Assembly: GCA_051294905.1 (NCBI GenBank)
Contig: CM119375.1
Location: 19,530,001-19,594,000, forward strand
DNA length: 64,000 nt
Direction of reading: 5' to 3'
Origin: Botryllus schlosseri
Lineage: Eukaryota
In this document: positions 38,701 through 50,609 of the stretch, piece by piece
Layout: every line of letters begins with the position of its first letter
How positions within the stretch are numbered: the stretch's first letter is position 1
Notes under the pieces: generated by a model
Databases searched by the model: none
What the model was told of the DNA's origin: nothing
The model's input: only the letters and a program-made list of their open reading frames with translations
Translations under genes and position numbers: made by a program

Positions 38701-41700
38701 CAAACAAAACCGTTGGTTTATCGCCGACGAGTAAATAAACAGGTGAAATATCTATCTCAATCGAAGGGTATAAAGTATCACACTAAGGTAACATAATACC
38801 ACGTTGCTCGCTCTCCTATGTTCTAGCTCACGCTGAACCATAAACCTACATTTGCGAAAGCTGGTCTTCAGTTCATTGTATTACGGATTTGGTACATCCC
38901 TGTAAATACCGTTCGAAGGTTACCATATATTGCAAGTTTTGATATATCTCATATTAAGCAGTAACTCCGTTTGAAGAATTCTGGTCTATAATTTCAAAAC
39001 TAAATTGTGCTTTTGCGGACAACTCAGGTCATCCTAGCTAAAATCTGATGCAACTATACGACGCCAAGCATGCAATGGAGCAATGCCTAGCCGTATTGAG
39101 TGACTTCCTGAAATGGACTAACTCCCATTGCAGTGTGAGGCGAATATTATTGATTACTAACAATTGTGTACGTCATAACACAAAAGGGCTATAAAATTGT
39201 AAATCTACTGTAAGCCATGACAAACTTCGGCTTTGATAGATCGCACTGTTTTCAAATCCTTCTTGCGTACTGGATTACTAAAACAGGAAAAAATGTGCTT
39301 GCTCGTGCCCTATTGGAAATGTCCATTTCAAAACTAGTGTGTTGGAGATCTCTACAATATCTCTTCTACTACTAGTGTGTTCTAAGTGTTTGGACATGAT
39401 TAAAATTCACTAGAAATTGTCGTGCGGGTATGGTAATTTGGGTAATGATAGCTGCCTCCGCCAACCGGTCTCTCCAAAATATTTGAAACGATGGAACAAT
39501 TGCTTGAGGCAGTTATAGGATTTTTTGCGCTAGTCACCTTGTGATTAAATTAATCTAGGAGCACTAAGCTGAAATAGATGAGAATGTTATTTTCTCATAT
39601 CACGCCTCAAATGTCAGGAAGTTACAAGTAAGTGAAATTAAGAGCAAGGTATCGGGTTTGCGCCAGTAATAGTGGTGGGCAAACTAATTAGGTAGTCTTA
39701 AAAATAAATGTAAATTTGGCCAGATTTAAAAATACCCAAGCGAGTAGGTAGATTACAAAACATTACTACGAGAAACTTGGGTAGTGATAGATGTTTGTTT
39801 TCGATAATAGCCATTAGCATGTATGTAGCACAGGTATTTTATTTAAAAGTAACTATTGTTGCGAGTCGGCATTTACAAAAGTAAGTTTTGCGTATTGGAG
39901 ACGGCGCATGAATTGTAGATAATTCAGCAGCGTAAACGCTAGTTTGTTAGTGTTGAGCAGTAATGCGAAGTTTGTAGTATCAAAGAACAAACAAAAGATA
40001 TGATAATTAAGGAAAGCCATTGATTTCTGAGGGTAGCAAGATTTGCATTTTGGGATTATAGTTTGCAGAAGTAATTATTTGGGACAGATTGGGTGCGAAA
40101 AGATAGTTTATTGATAATGTATCAACAATAGTGACCTAGTAATCTAGAGTACAATTACATAACAATATACAGTGGTGTAGTATGAAGCAGCGCGTGTTGG
40201 TTTTTGCATTTTCTATGAATAAGGCTGAGAATGGTCGGTGGGACCTTGCTAATTTGAGTGACTACAGGATAATTTGAATTGTTGCATTTGGCAGCAAGAC
40301 TATGCGAATTGGGAAATAAGTTTACAAATTAAAGTAAGTAAAGGAGTGATATTGAATTAGTGGATTGTAGGCGCCACCACGCGGCTGGTTTGAGCCAAGC
40401 AAGAATGAATGTAATCAAAATGGCGTAAAATCGTGCTTGGAAAATGGCGCATGACCTGCTACCACTTAATTTATGTCACTTTTAGCCTTGATATCAAGGT
40501 TGGTAAATGAATGAGCGCTTAAGGTAATATCCAAGTTAGATTGAATCAGTAAACGTGAGAGAAATTGTGGTACAGCCCGTAGCTTTTTACGCAGTGCTCA
40601 TGTTGGCAATGGACCAAGAACAAGAATTGTTGATGTATGAATGACGTAACTCATTGATTAGAAGATTCAGACAGCTAAATATCTAGAATTATACAGTAAC
40701 TAATTAGCTAAGTAGTAAGCGCATATCTAGTTAGTACTTTCTTGATTTGCGTGCCACACAGAGGATCACGAACCAAAAATTAGGCCTGATTTTTAGAATT
40801 TTTCGCGTTAACAATGATCAAACATGTCCATCTGAATCTGATTATGATTTATTACGCAAATTCGGAATTGATAACAAAAAAAGAATGGCATGCCCCATGC
40901 ACTGAGGCTATATCTCATATACCGGCGGTTCATGATTATAAGGAAGTAAACCGAGTTTAGAATGTAGGTTGATGACTTGGTATCTGAAGGAGGCATGAGT
41001 TATAGTTTCATTAAGGGTGTATTAGAGATGGAATACAGGCCATACGACAATTAAAATAACATAGTCATACTCCATGTATGTATTTAAGAAAATTAGAGTT
41101 GGGGTAAGATAGCACGAACTTGGTGATGAAGTGTTGGACATAGTAATAACGGTACTGAATGAGGGCTATGAACTGAGCAATAAAGGCATAGATCCCTATA
41201 ATTTGATATTAACACCGAAAGATAGGTGCGTTAGGTAAGCGATGACCCGTCACAAAGATCTGGTATTTAATGGCCAATTGGTACAATTGTTTGACAATAA
41301 AAGAACTTGTAATAGATCAGAAGGTCGCAGCTTGGTATTTCGCTAACCAAGCAAGTATGGTTATGAAAACCATTGGCATTCTGTTAGTTACATCTTTGGT
41401 CGCTAAATCATGTTATTAGGGCCACTTAAAGGTACCGAGTACTGTAGTGGTACGCTCCAACGATGTAACAGCAATAGGACGTCCGGCGTTCCCACATTTC
41501 AATCACTAGGACACATTCATTAATATATTTATATTATATTTATATTTTTTTTCTGCTCCTATATTTGAAGATATTTGGCCATGAGATTAATAGCCTACTT
41601 CTCAAAAGTATACCCGAATCGTGATTGGAATTACAATGATCAGATCAGACTCTGTTATCGGTCTGTTGGATCCAAAATATTCATAGTAGCTGAAAATTAT

Positions 41701-42433
41701 AATGTAATGGCTTTTATGATGGCATCATACGTTTGTCCGCTCATATGGTGTCTATATCTTATAGTTAATTTATGTCAAGTACAACAACAATTCTATTCAA
41801 ATAGTTATAAATATGATGATTCTTTTCGTGCCAGGCCTAAATTTATACAAATCTAAATCATATTTTGGCGATGTGTGGTTACTGTCAGTCTGTTGGATCG
41901 ACTCACTCTCAATAGAAAAATTCATTCCCGCCAAATAAGGCCTACTTGGAAAGACATAGAATACCCCTATAAATGCTGCGGCCCGCGGCGTCGTCCCAAC
42001 TAGGAGAATGGCCCGCAAGCACGTTTGAGTTTGAGACCCCTGTGCTAGATGAAGAAACAGGACACAAAATTGGTACAATCACCTACAATTTTAATTCACC
42101 TGATTATAATTGATAGAAGGTTCTCACTTTGAGCGAGGCCTTATATAAAATACGGATAATGTAGCAGTAAAGATGAACATCGAGATTGATTTAGGATAAT
42201 GGATATCATGGTTATATCCTAGTGTGGCGCATGTAAAAAAAGGGTGATGAATCAAAATAAGACGAATAGCATGATCACTGCGTATTGTGGTGTGAACTCG
42301 CTAAGAAAAAAGAAAGATTCCTGTGGCATTCTTGGAAAATTTATGACACATAGACCTATTACATTTCCACAGACTTGGTATATATAGGGTCAAAAAAACA
42401 GCAATACATCTCTTTGCTGGTATAACTGTAGCC

Positions 42434-42955
42434 ATGACAAGTTCTGATGCCATGGAAGCCTCTGTTCTGGATGAACAAATCTGGACTGGAAGGTGGATTG
42501 TTGTATTAAAAAATATAGATGAAATTCTCAAATCATGCCAAACATCGCCTGAAGCAGATGAAAATGAGGAAAATGAACAAGAAATTGACGAGGCCACTTT
42601 GGAAAGCTATTTTGAAAGAAACCCTTCGATCTGGGGAGATGATACGGACTCGGAATTAGATCTCACTGACTCAGATGAAAGTTCGAGTATTTTGTCTGGC
42701 TCCGGATATGATTCTGGACATGATTGGATAGAGTCCTATCTTTTCCCAGACCACGAGTTGAGAACTTATCCGAATTCCGAATCTAGTGATTTGACAGATT
42801 CGAATGAAAGTTTGAATACTCTACCCGATACTGACTCTGGTGTTAGTAGTAGCGATTCCGATCCATCCTCAGATCATGAACAGTTACGACCTCTTGACGA
42901 GGCAACTCTCAGGCGCCTTGATAGAATGTTTTGGCGCCCCTGGAATAACGAGTAA
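42434..42955 (+). CDS. Acidic Ser/Asp-rich protein with sub-terminal WRPW motif
   Basis: 173-aa ORF; ends RMFWRPWNNE; acceptor tttccacag at 42364-72. Confidence 0.65.
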   Translation: MTSSDAMEASVLDEQIWTGRWIVVLKNIDEILKSCQTSPEADENEENEQEIDEATLESYFERNPSIWGDDTDSELDLTDSDESSSILSGSGYDSGHDWIESYLFPDHELRTYPNSESSDLTDSNESLNTLPDTDSGVSSSDSDPSSDHEQLRPLDEATLRRLDRMFWRPWNNE

Positions 42956-44097
42956 AATTGGAAAACTATGTGATCAAAATGTATAAATTGATGTGATCAG
43001 AAAAATCGTAAATGTACATTAATTACGTTGCGACTGTTACAAGAGATGTTGTGTTTTCTGTGCCTCATAGTGAAACAATTAAATACTGAGGACGACTGTG
43101 TTGTCGTTTGAAAAAGGGAATTTTTGTGTAACCATGGAATAATGACAGGTTATTTGGCAGATGTTAAGAGAGAGAGAACAATTAGGATGGTATGTGATAC
43201 AAAATAAAAGTTTGAATTAGTCAAGGCTGGGCAATCTTTTTCAGCCCGAAGGTCACATTCGATTGACGAAATACTGTGCATGCCACTACCGCGCGAAGCG
43301 CGAAAAGCTTTTGAAGTTCATAGAACAATGATATTATAACTTGGCATTGTTGCGGGCTTACCGTACACCGTTAGGCTGAGTTTACGCGGACCAGGCTATG
43401 TGGCGCATGGCCATAGTAATAACAAAAGCCAACATGCGTCAATCTTTCCGTATCTGGGTTTCATAGTCAGCAATATTACCGCAAACGCAAACGCAAGGTC
43501 ACACATGTTCAACGACACCTTGGTCCGAAATCGCGAGTATAGTTAGGCTCAGTCTGAATAAATTGGCCGTTTTTCCATGGTCATAAGATGGGCAACAGTA
43601 TTAAAAACAAGGAATCGTGTGGCAAAATATTGTGTTTAGCTTGTGAAAATTTTGTTTTTGATGTATCTGGTGCAAATTATTCTGCTTGATGGTAGTGTAT
43701 AAAAATATACCATTATGTGACTGGCTGATGGATCTGCCAATACGTAGGAATAGATATTTTAGTCATCACATCCAAACAAATATAAATTTTGCTCGACCTT
43801 GCAAGTTCCCAATCAGTGCAATCCATTCTAGATATTGGCAATTTCGGAAATTACCTCGGGGGCCACGAATTGGCCGGCCCTGAGTTGAGGAAATCAAGAA
43901 TTGTTAGGCTGACAAATGGCCAAAGATAACACTTTTCTTCACCCGGTAAAGGAATAATTAACCCCAAATAAGATTAATAAAGAGTTAGCACGATTCAGTG
44001 TTTTGAATATCATTAACGATATCTTACAATAATCTCGACTTAAAGAAACATTATTATTTTTAAGGTGTAAAAATAACGCGGTGTCGTAAATTAAAGA

Positions 44098-44616
44098 ATG
44101 TCTGCCTCAATAACTAAAGAACAATTATGGGAGCTATCTATTGAAAATATCGAACTATGGTATGAGGAACTTCGCGGGGTAAAAAAGACAGAAAGATTAC
44201 AACGATGGAATAATTTTTTCGAGGACATTAAAAATGGAACTAGACGTTATGCAGAAATCTTCTTCGAAGGAATGAGAGCGAGTAATGAAAAGGTCAAAGA
44301 ATGGCCATGGCGAAATGACTATCGTAGAAAACACTTGAGAAATCGCAAGGTAGCAAAAGTAAAACCATATTTGCTAATAAAAACTGCCTCAAACAAACAG
44401 AATCGGAATACAGAGATACGAGCAAGCTCTTCGACATCGACAAGTAATACTCCCTTGACGTCCTCTCTGACACCATCTACTACAAACAATGATGCACCGC
44501 CTAATAACAATGTCACGTCAAATGAAACTTATGCATCTTTTGGTAGTATAATGTTTTCGCAACAATCATCCTTTAATCAGCCTCAACCTACAACATCGCA
44601 TCACGTTAACGAATAA
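44098..44616 (+). CDS. Hypothetical protein (charged N-half, S/T/N-rich tail)
   Basis: 172-aa ATG ORF followed by AATAAA. Confidence 0.65.
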   Translation: MSASITKEQLWELSIENIELWYEELRGVKKTERLQRWNNFFEDIKNGTRRYAEIFFEGMRASNEKVKEWPWRNDYRRKHLRNRKVAKVKPYLLIKTASNKQNRNTEIRASSSTSTSNTPLTSSLTPSTTNNDAPPNNNVTSNETYASFGSIMFSQQSSFNQPQPTTSHHVNE

Positions 44617-44776
44617 TGAAAAATATTCAGTGGAATGATGTGAATATTATCAATTATATGGAGTGAATATATGGTGAATAAAAGCTAGTTTATTAACTTG
44701 TGCCTAAAGGATATTATGAATGACGAGGGATTATCTTGTTTTAAGTTGATAAATAGTGAACTAGTTAAAGAAAGAA

Positions 44777-45637
44777 ATGTGCCACGGGCTATTGTGCAAC
44801 CCTAATACGGATCATAAGGTTGTCCACGAGTGGGCGATGCAGTTCGATGTTATACATAGGCAGCAGATGGTAATGGAAATCATAAAAACTGCGCCGGTAC
44901 GGGATCGGTTGATGAGCATCTTGTTCGGCACCTGTGAGCGAGACAATCCAAGGGTACAATATTGGCAACAGTGTATGTACACCAAGGAGGACTGGACAAA
45001 AACAGGAAAGCCTTTTCAACCGGTTGGGAGCGGTGAATGTAAACAATGTTACCTAATGAAGTACGTAAGACCGTATTTCAAGAATACCGGGCAGATTTTG
45101 GACCTTATGACATTGTGCCATGACTATTTAAAAGAAGCTTGTAGTATGCACAAAGGACTAGATCAAAACACCGAAAGAGATAAAGGACATATAGTGCTTT
45201 ATGTGTTATATCCAGAAGCGATAATAACCGCTATAGCTCTCATGTTGCAACAATATCGGGGGGCAAAAAACATACGAACATTTTGTTTTACGAGATGTCG
45301 GATGGATGCAGAATTTGAGTTCCTATTTGGGGGAAATTTTGAACAATGGAGGTTTACATACGGGTCCACGAGCACGTTTGGTTTTGTGGGAGGCGTTTTT
45401 ATTCTACCGATTGACCAAGTGTCGGAATCAACCTTTAAAAGCTCGTTAAAAAAAGAGGGAGACAAACAATTAGTCAAAAACACCAATTCGGAAACTACAT
45501 TGATGTTTGATATTGAATCTTCAACCAGTGGAGACAGTAGGTTTCCAAACAGACCAGAGGCTCCGACCCGAATGGTAGTTTTACGGAGACCCAGTGTAGA
45601 TGGATCACATGCTGCCTCTAGTGGTAATATGGGCTGA
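44777..45637 (+). CDS. Hypothetical protein, family X (paralog of 48832-49338)
   Basis: 286 aa; MCHGLLC, NPRVQYWQQ, LYVLYPEAII. Confidence 0.75.
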   Translation: MCHGLLCNPNTDHKVVHEWAMQFDVIHRQQMVMEIIKTAPVRDRLMSILFGTCERDNPRVQYWQQCMYTKEDWTKTGKPFQPVGSGECKQCYLMKYVRPYFKNTGQILDLMTLCHDYLKEACSMHKGLDQNTERDKGHIVLYVLYPEAIITAIALMLQQYRGAKNIRTFCFTRCRMDAEFEFLFGGNFEQWRFTYGSTSTFGFVGGVFILPIDQVSESTFKSSLKKEGDKQLVKNTNSETTLMFDIESSTSGDSRFPNRPEAPTRMVVLRRPSVDGSHAASSGNMG

Positions 45638-46967
45638 TTTTAAAATAAACTACTATTAGTTTGATCTAGAAATTATCTTGATTGATCTGGACTTTTAGGG
45701 ATAGCCTATTAGATAAGCCATGATAACTGAATTATTTAGGGCTGACCGGTGGTGGTTTAGGACAATTTATCAATTCGGCACCACTACCAAAAGGTCAAAC
45801 TTAACGGAAAAAGTATAGAAGCCGGGTATAGTGAAACTTGAGATTAGCAAAAGTGGAAACTATATACCTGTATTTTACGATATATATTTACTCAGAGTTA
45901 TTAATACAGTTTCCCTTTTTACTAAAAGATTCCGATACATTGATCAATCGCTGGGATTGTTCCCGCTATCACCTCCCCTAGAATGACATCCCGGGGACTA
46001 TGAGAACTTGAGTACTTGAATGCAAGATCGACCTATCTTTATTGCAAAAACTTTTTTAAATTCGAGAAGAACTTGTTATTGTAAATTATGAAGAATTGTA
46101 CGGTGTTGTTTTCCATAATATTGAATGTTATTTATGAATTTTCGGCTGCAATTTTTGTGTTAAAATTTAGTCTGTAACGGCCCCAGACAACCTACCCTAT
46201 CACAAATCACCTCGTGTTCATACTTATATGTTATGCTAATCGAATTATTTTATATTTTATAAAGAATGACGTGAGCGTAATTTTTTCCGTTTTGCCCACG
46301 CTTTGCGCTCTGCCAAGATCTCTTTGTGTGAGCCTCACACTAATTTGCTGCTATTTGAGTTATTGCTGTTATTAAAATTTTTTCTGATTATGTAAATTCT
46401 TTATGGTACTATACATAAGATGCGTAAAAAATTAGCTTAGCCTCTAGTCTTTTACCCAATATTTAATTAGGTAATAGTTTAGTAAAGTAATATATTGCAA
46501 ATTGCTCACATTCTTGTCTCATGGCACCCTTCCTACAATAGTCTCTATGAGACGTAATTGTGTAATACTTGTATAAATGATCCTTGAATAAATTAGTTTC
46601 GCCATTCAGAGAAACTCGGGTCAAAACATTTCTTATGGAAGGGAAGGCAAGGATGATGAGTAATATTATCTTTTAATAATGTTTAAATTGATATGTCGTA
46701 TTATTTTCCCCACTAAAAAAATCTTCAAAAAAATAAAATGTCAGATTATGTTTATAGATCATAAAAATGATAAAATTATTGCTAATACCGAATGATAAAA
46801 GCTATATAAGAGATAAAATCTTAATGAGAAAAAAAAATTATATAAATAAAAACCAGAAAATAGAAAATTATAAAATAATTAAATCCCTTGTGGGGGGGAG
46901 AGATTAAATGGAGTATACTTGATAAGTTATGAGTGAAAAGTAAAAGTAATAACATGAGTCTTGAGAA

Positions 46968-47591
46968 TTGTCATATCCTGAAAACGGTAAATTGTGCGAA
47001 ATTGCTATTTTGTTTGAAAAAAGAATGCTAGATTTTGATTATATTGAAGGTTACGATTCAACAAATTGGTGTCATTTGTACGATGTATATGACGAGTTGG
47101 ATCTATTGAATCTTAAAGAATATAACAGCGAATATGAGAGATACCAGTTTAAAGAAAAAGTATGGGAATTGCTTACGGACCAAGCCGATTGGGTTAAACA
47201 AACAGACGATGGCCTAGAAGAGGTAGCCCTAGATGAGGAATTAACCGAAGAAATTCTTGATAAATTCAACCATGTGGCAGAAGAGATATTTGAAATAAGA
47301 GCAAAGGAATACACCTCTTTGGGAAGAAGAGTCATGTTGTATGAATTAATTAGAGGACTTGTGATGAAACTTACAAACACTAATATAACAAAGGACGTGT
47401 ACCAGGAGAGAGAAATTTGTAAAGATCCGCCACATATGGAACAATGGAATTGTCAGAATAATTTGGGCCTAAAAGGCTATTCAAGTTCAATACATTGGCG
47501 AACAAAAAGGATAAGACGTATAGAAATACATCCTTACCCCTACGAAGGGGAAAGTGTGAACATTGACTCTATAATACCGGAACAATCATGA
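46968..47591 (+). CDS. Hypothetical protein, family Y (paralog of 50610-51269); start uncertain
   Basis: RVMLYELIRGLVM and WNCQNNLGLKGY; TTG start in track, upstream ATG (46954) is out of frame. Confidence 0.72.
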   Translation: MSYPENGKLCEIAILFEKRMLDFDYIEGYDSTNWCHLYDVYDELDLLNLKEYNSEYERYQFKEKVWELLTDQADWVKQTDDGLEEVALDEELTEEILDKFNHVAEEIFEIRAKEYTSLGRRVMLYELIRGLVMKLTNTNITKDVYQEREICKDPPHMEQWNCQNNLGLKGYSSSIHWRTKRIRRIEIHPYPYEGESVNIDSIIPEQS

Positions 47592-47677
47592 GTAATGACA
47601 ACGACTGTAAATAAGATTTTGACTTACAAAGGACACTTTTTCGAAGGTATAGAGTAACAAAGTGGGTTATCTAATTC

Positions 47678-48727
47678 ATGAGTAAAATGAACCGAGTGGA
47701 ACTACTAGTATTATGGCTAGGCATGTGTTATGCTATTTATCCGGAAACAATAGAACAAAAGAAGTGTACAATGGATGAAAGACGAACCATGTTATACCCG
47801 GAATGCATGCAAGGAAGCAATTTGGTACTTTGGTGTGACCATTCGAGTTATACAAGAATTCCGGATCCTGACAAGATATACTTGGCAAAATCTTGTCGGA
47901 ACACAATAAAGATATTCATCAACGACAGCTGCCTACGGGAAATAACCAAAGGACAATTGGAAAAATATAAAGACGTAGAGGTGTTGCATTGTGGTTGGAA
48001 TAAAATCCAAACCATACCAGGAGGGGTCTTCTGCAAAAATGAAAAGCTTAGGGAGATAAATTTGATGCGAAACTACATCACACGAATTGAAAAAGAAAGC
48101 TTTGCAGGCTTACACCAACTGGAAAGTTTGTACTTAAGCAGTAATTTGCTGGCGGAAATAGAAGGATCGAAATTTGCAAGCATGGAAAAGTTAAAAAGAT
48201 TATATTTGGACAACAATGTCATAAAGAAACTAAAGAATGGAACATTCATTCATTTACGTCATTTAAGAATACTAGACTTATCAAGAAACGCAATAAGCGC
48301 TATAGAAGAAGGGGCGTTCAAAGGACTGAGGAAACTGGAAACTTTGAACTTGGATGAAAATAAACTGGTGGAATTTGATATGACAATACTTGAATCTTTA
48401 TGTAATTTAGAGAGATTAACGTTGTACTATAATAACTTGCAATATTTTTCTCTGTCCTCCAACATATCGTTCAGATATCTGCATACAATTGATCTTAGTT
48501 ATAATCATGTTAAATTTCTTAATGACTCCCTATTGAGAAAATTACCAGATCTGGAAGTTTTAAAATTAAATAGATATAATAATGAAACACCTACCAGAAG
48601 ACCCTATGTACGTAAACAATCAAGACTATATGATGACGAAATGAAAAGTCTTTCCAATCGTGTGACTATACATTCAAAGTGTACATTTACCGTTATTGTT
48701 TGGCTAGTTATTATTAAACTAATGTAA
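47678..48727 (+). CDS. Intronless secreted/membrane-anchored leucine-rich repeat protein
   Basis: Signal peptide, ~8 LxxLxLxxNxL repeats, N-terminal Cys cap, hydrophobic C-terminus. Confidence 0.9.
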   Translation: MSKMNRVELLVLWLGMCYAIYPETIEQKKCTMDERRTMLYPECMQGSNLVLWCDHSSYTRIPDPDKIYLAKSCRNTIKIFINDSCLREITKGQLEKYKDVEVLHCGWNKIQTIPGGVFCKNEKLREINLMRNYITRIEKESFAGLHQLESLYLSSNLLAEIEGSKFASMEKLKRLYLDNNVIKKLKNGTFIHLRHLRILDLSRNAISAIEEGAFKGLRKLETLNLDENKLVEFDMTILESLCNLERLTLYYNNLQYFSLSSNISFRYLHTIDLSYNHVKFLNDSLLRKLPDLEVLKLNRYNNETPTRRPYVRKQSRLYDDEMKSLSNRVTIHSKCTFTVIVWLVIIKLM

Positions 48728-48831
48728 AAATGATTAAGTATATAAATTAAAAATTGGTGTAATAATTGTAATATGGTACTATGTAACTGAATTTAAATAT
48801 GTTGTATAAAGGATTTACTTAAATTATAAAA

Positions 48832-49338
48832 ATGTGTTTGGGATTACGTTGTGATGATCCAGAAATACAACATACGACATGGATACCCCAAAAAGAAATA
48901 CTAATAGACAATGGATTAAAGTCGCTGAAGTTTCTGTTAACAACATATACATTGACGGATCACTTATGTGATATAATGTATAACGAATCAAATCCACGAC
49001 TACTATATTGGAAACAAAAGTATGGTGTCACCACATACAACAATCATTGGCCTGGGAAACATCTGGTTGAAAATGAGTGGGAAGAAATTTATACAGGAAG
49101 CATTTACCCTGAAAAACCTATACAAATGGCTTTTGCAGAAATTTGCATAAACTGGGTAACAATTTTGAAAAGGGTAAATCCTGAAATGAGGGAATTTCTA
49201 AAAAGGGGAGATTCTGAAAGAGATCTCATAATGTGGATAATCTTTCCGGAAGTTCAGATCTACGCATGGGCAAAGACGCAGGGAATATCATTAAAAGAAG
49301 CCGATTGTCAATTTATGACTTTGAAAGTGCCTGCATGA
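48832..49338 (+). CDS. Hypothetical protein, family X
   Basis: 168 aa; MCLGLRC, NPRLLYWKQ, MWIIFPEVQI. Confidence 0.75.
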   Translation: MCLGLRCDDPEIQHTTWIPQKEILIDNGLKSLKFLLTTYTLTDHLCDIMYNESNPRLLYWKQKYGVTTYNNHWPGKHLVENEWEEIYTGSIYPEKPIQMAFAEICINWVTILKRVNPEMREFLKRGDSERDLIMWIIFPEVQIYAWAKTQGISLKEADCQFMTLKVPA

Positions 49339-49407
49339 AATTTAACTTTCCAATGTTTGTATATACAGAAAACTACTTTTGAAAAGACAATAAAGTTTTA
49401 AATAAAT

Positions 49408-50356
49408 ATGAAGACTAAAGAATCCAGAAAAAGAAAAAAATCTATTCAATCTTGCTCGATGTGGTATAATATCAAGTGAACGAAAATGTATAAAGTTTCT
49501 GCGATCACGGCAACTCCTTGTTCAAAAGGCAACATGTTTTAATTGTGGACAACAAATGAATGAAGAAAAATGCAAAAGAACTATGGATGGATGTAGATGG
49601 AGGTGTCCGGTTTCAAAGTGCAGGACTACCACGTCCATAAGGAAAGGATCACTATTTGAAGGAAGTAAAATAAGACTCACCCAACTTGTAATGATGATTT
49701 ATCTTTGGACCATAGATGTATCTCAACGACAAATAGCTTTTGAAGCACACGTCAGCAAGAGAACAATGGTGAATTGGACCAAGAAACTTCGTAAGATATG
49801 CTCTGTGGAAATGGAAAGAAGAGGTACCCTAATAGGGGGAATATCACAAGGTAAATCACATGTAATTCAAATTGATGAGACGTTTGTGGCCAAAAGAAAA
49901 TTTAATCGTGGAAGAATAATACGCCAACGCTGGGTTTTGGCTGGAATAGATATGAAAACGCGAGAAATGTTTGCAGAATTGGTACCTGAAGAAGGGAGAA
50001 AAACCTCTGTATTATCAGAAATAATTATGAAACACGTAAAAGAGGGATCCACTATATGGACTGATTCATTTGCCAGTTACCGCAAGTTGGAAAGCCTGGG
50101 AATGAATTATAAACATTCAGTAGTTAATCATGATCGCGAATTTGTCACTACAGAAGGCATAAATACACAATTGATCGAGGTGTCTTGGAATTTTTTTAAA
50201 GCTGCTATTAGAAGGCTGAATGGGGTATCAAGATCACTTATTCCTCATTACTTACAGGAGTGGCTCTGGAAAAGAAGGGTGGCCTTGGAGGAAAGGTTTC
50301 AACTATTTTTAGAGATAATTGCTCTTGATCCTAATTTTAGGACACTGGAACATTGA
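49408..50356 (+). CDS. Merlin/IS1595 DDE transposase #2; 5' end appears frameshifted in an A7 run (49434-49440)
   Basis: QIDET / WTDSFASY / QLIEVSW triad; frame of 49556 is open upstream to 49412 and encodes CFNC of the Zn ribbon; ATG 49408 joins it after one A is removed. Confidence 0.85.
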
Positions 50357-50609
50357 AAACAATGTTGGTCACTATGTGCAATATCATTAGAGATGAGAGA
50401 TTTGAATCTTTAGGGAAGCAATAGAGGCATGTATGATAATCTACATGTTTAGAAAACCTATGAAATGTTTCTATTATTGTTGTGTCATAGTGAGTGAATG
50501 TATTACATGTATGTTATATGATATCTAATATCGAGATTTGATGCATTGAAATCTTGAATCAGGATCTTTTATTGTTATTGCACATTATTGTTATATTCGC
50601 AGGGATAAA

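Noticed and set aside
37070-42430. Stop-interrupted protein-like frames (~37080-37450, ~39070-39400, 41575-41856, ~42175-42430)
   Set aside because: Could be decayed cargo genes, but stop density is not clearly below random and no homology was recognised.
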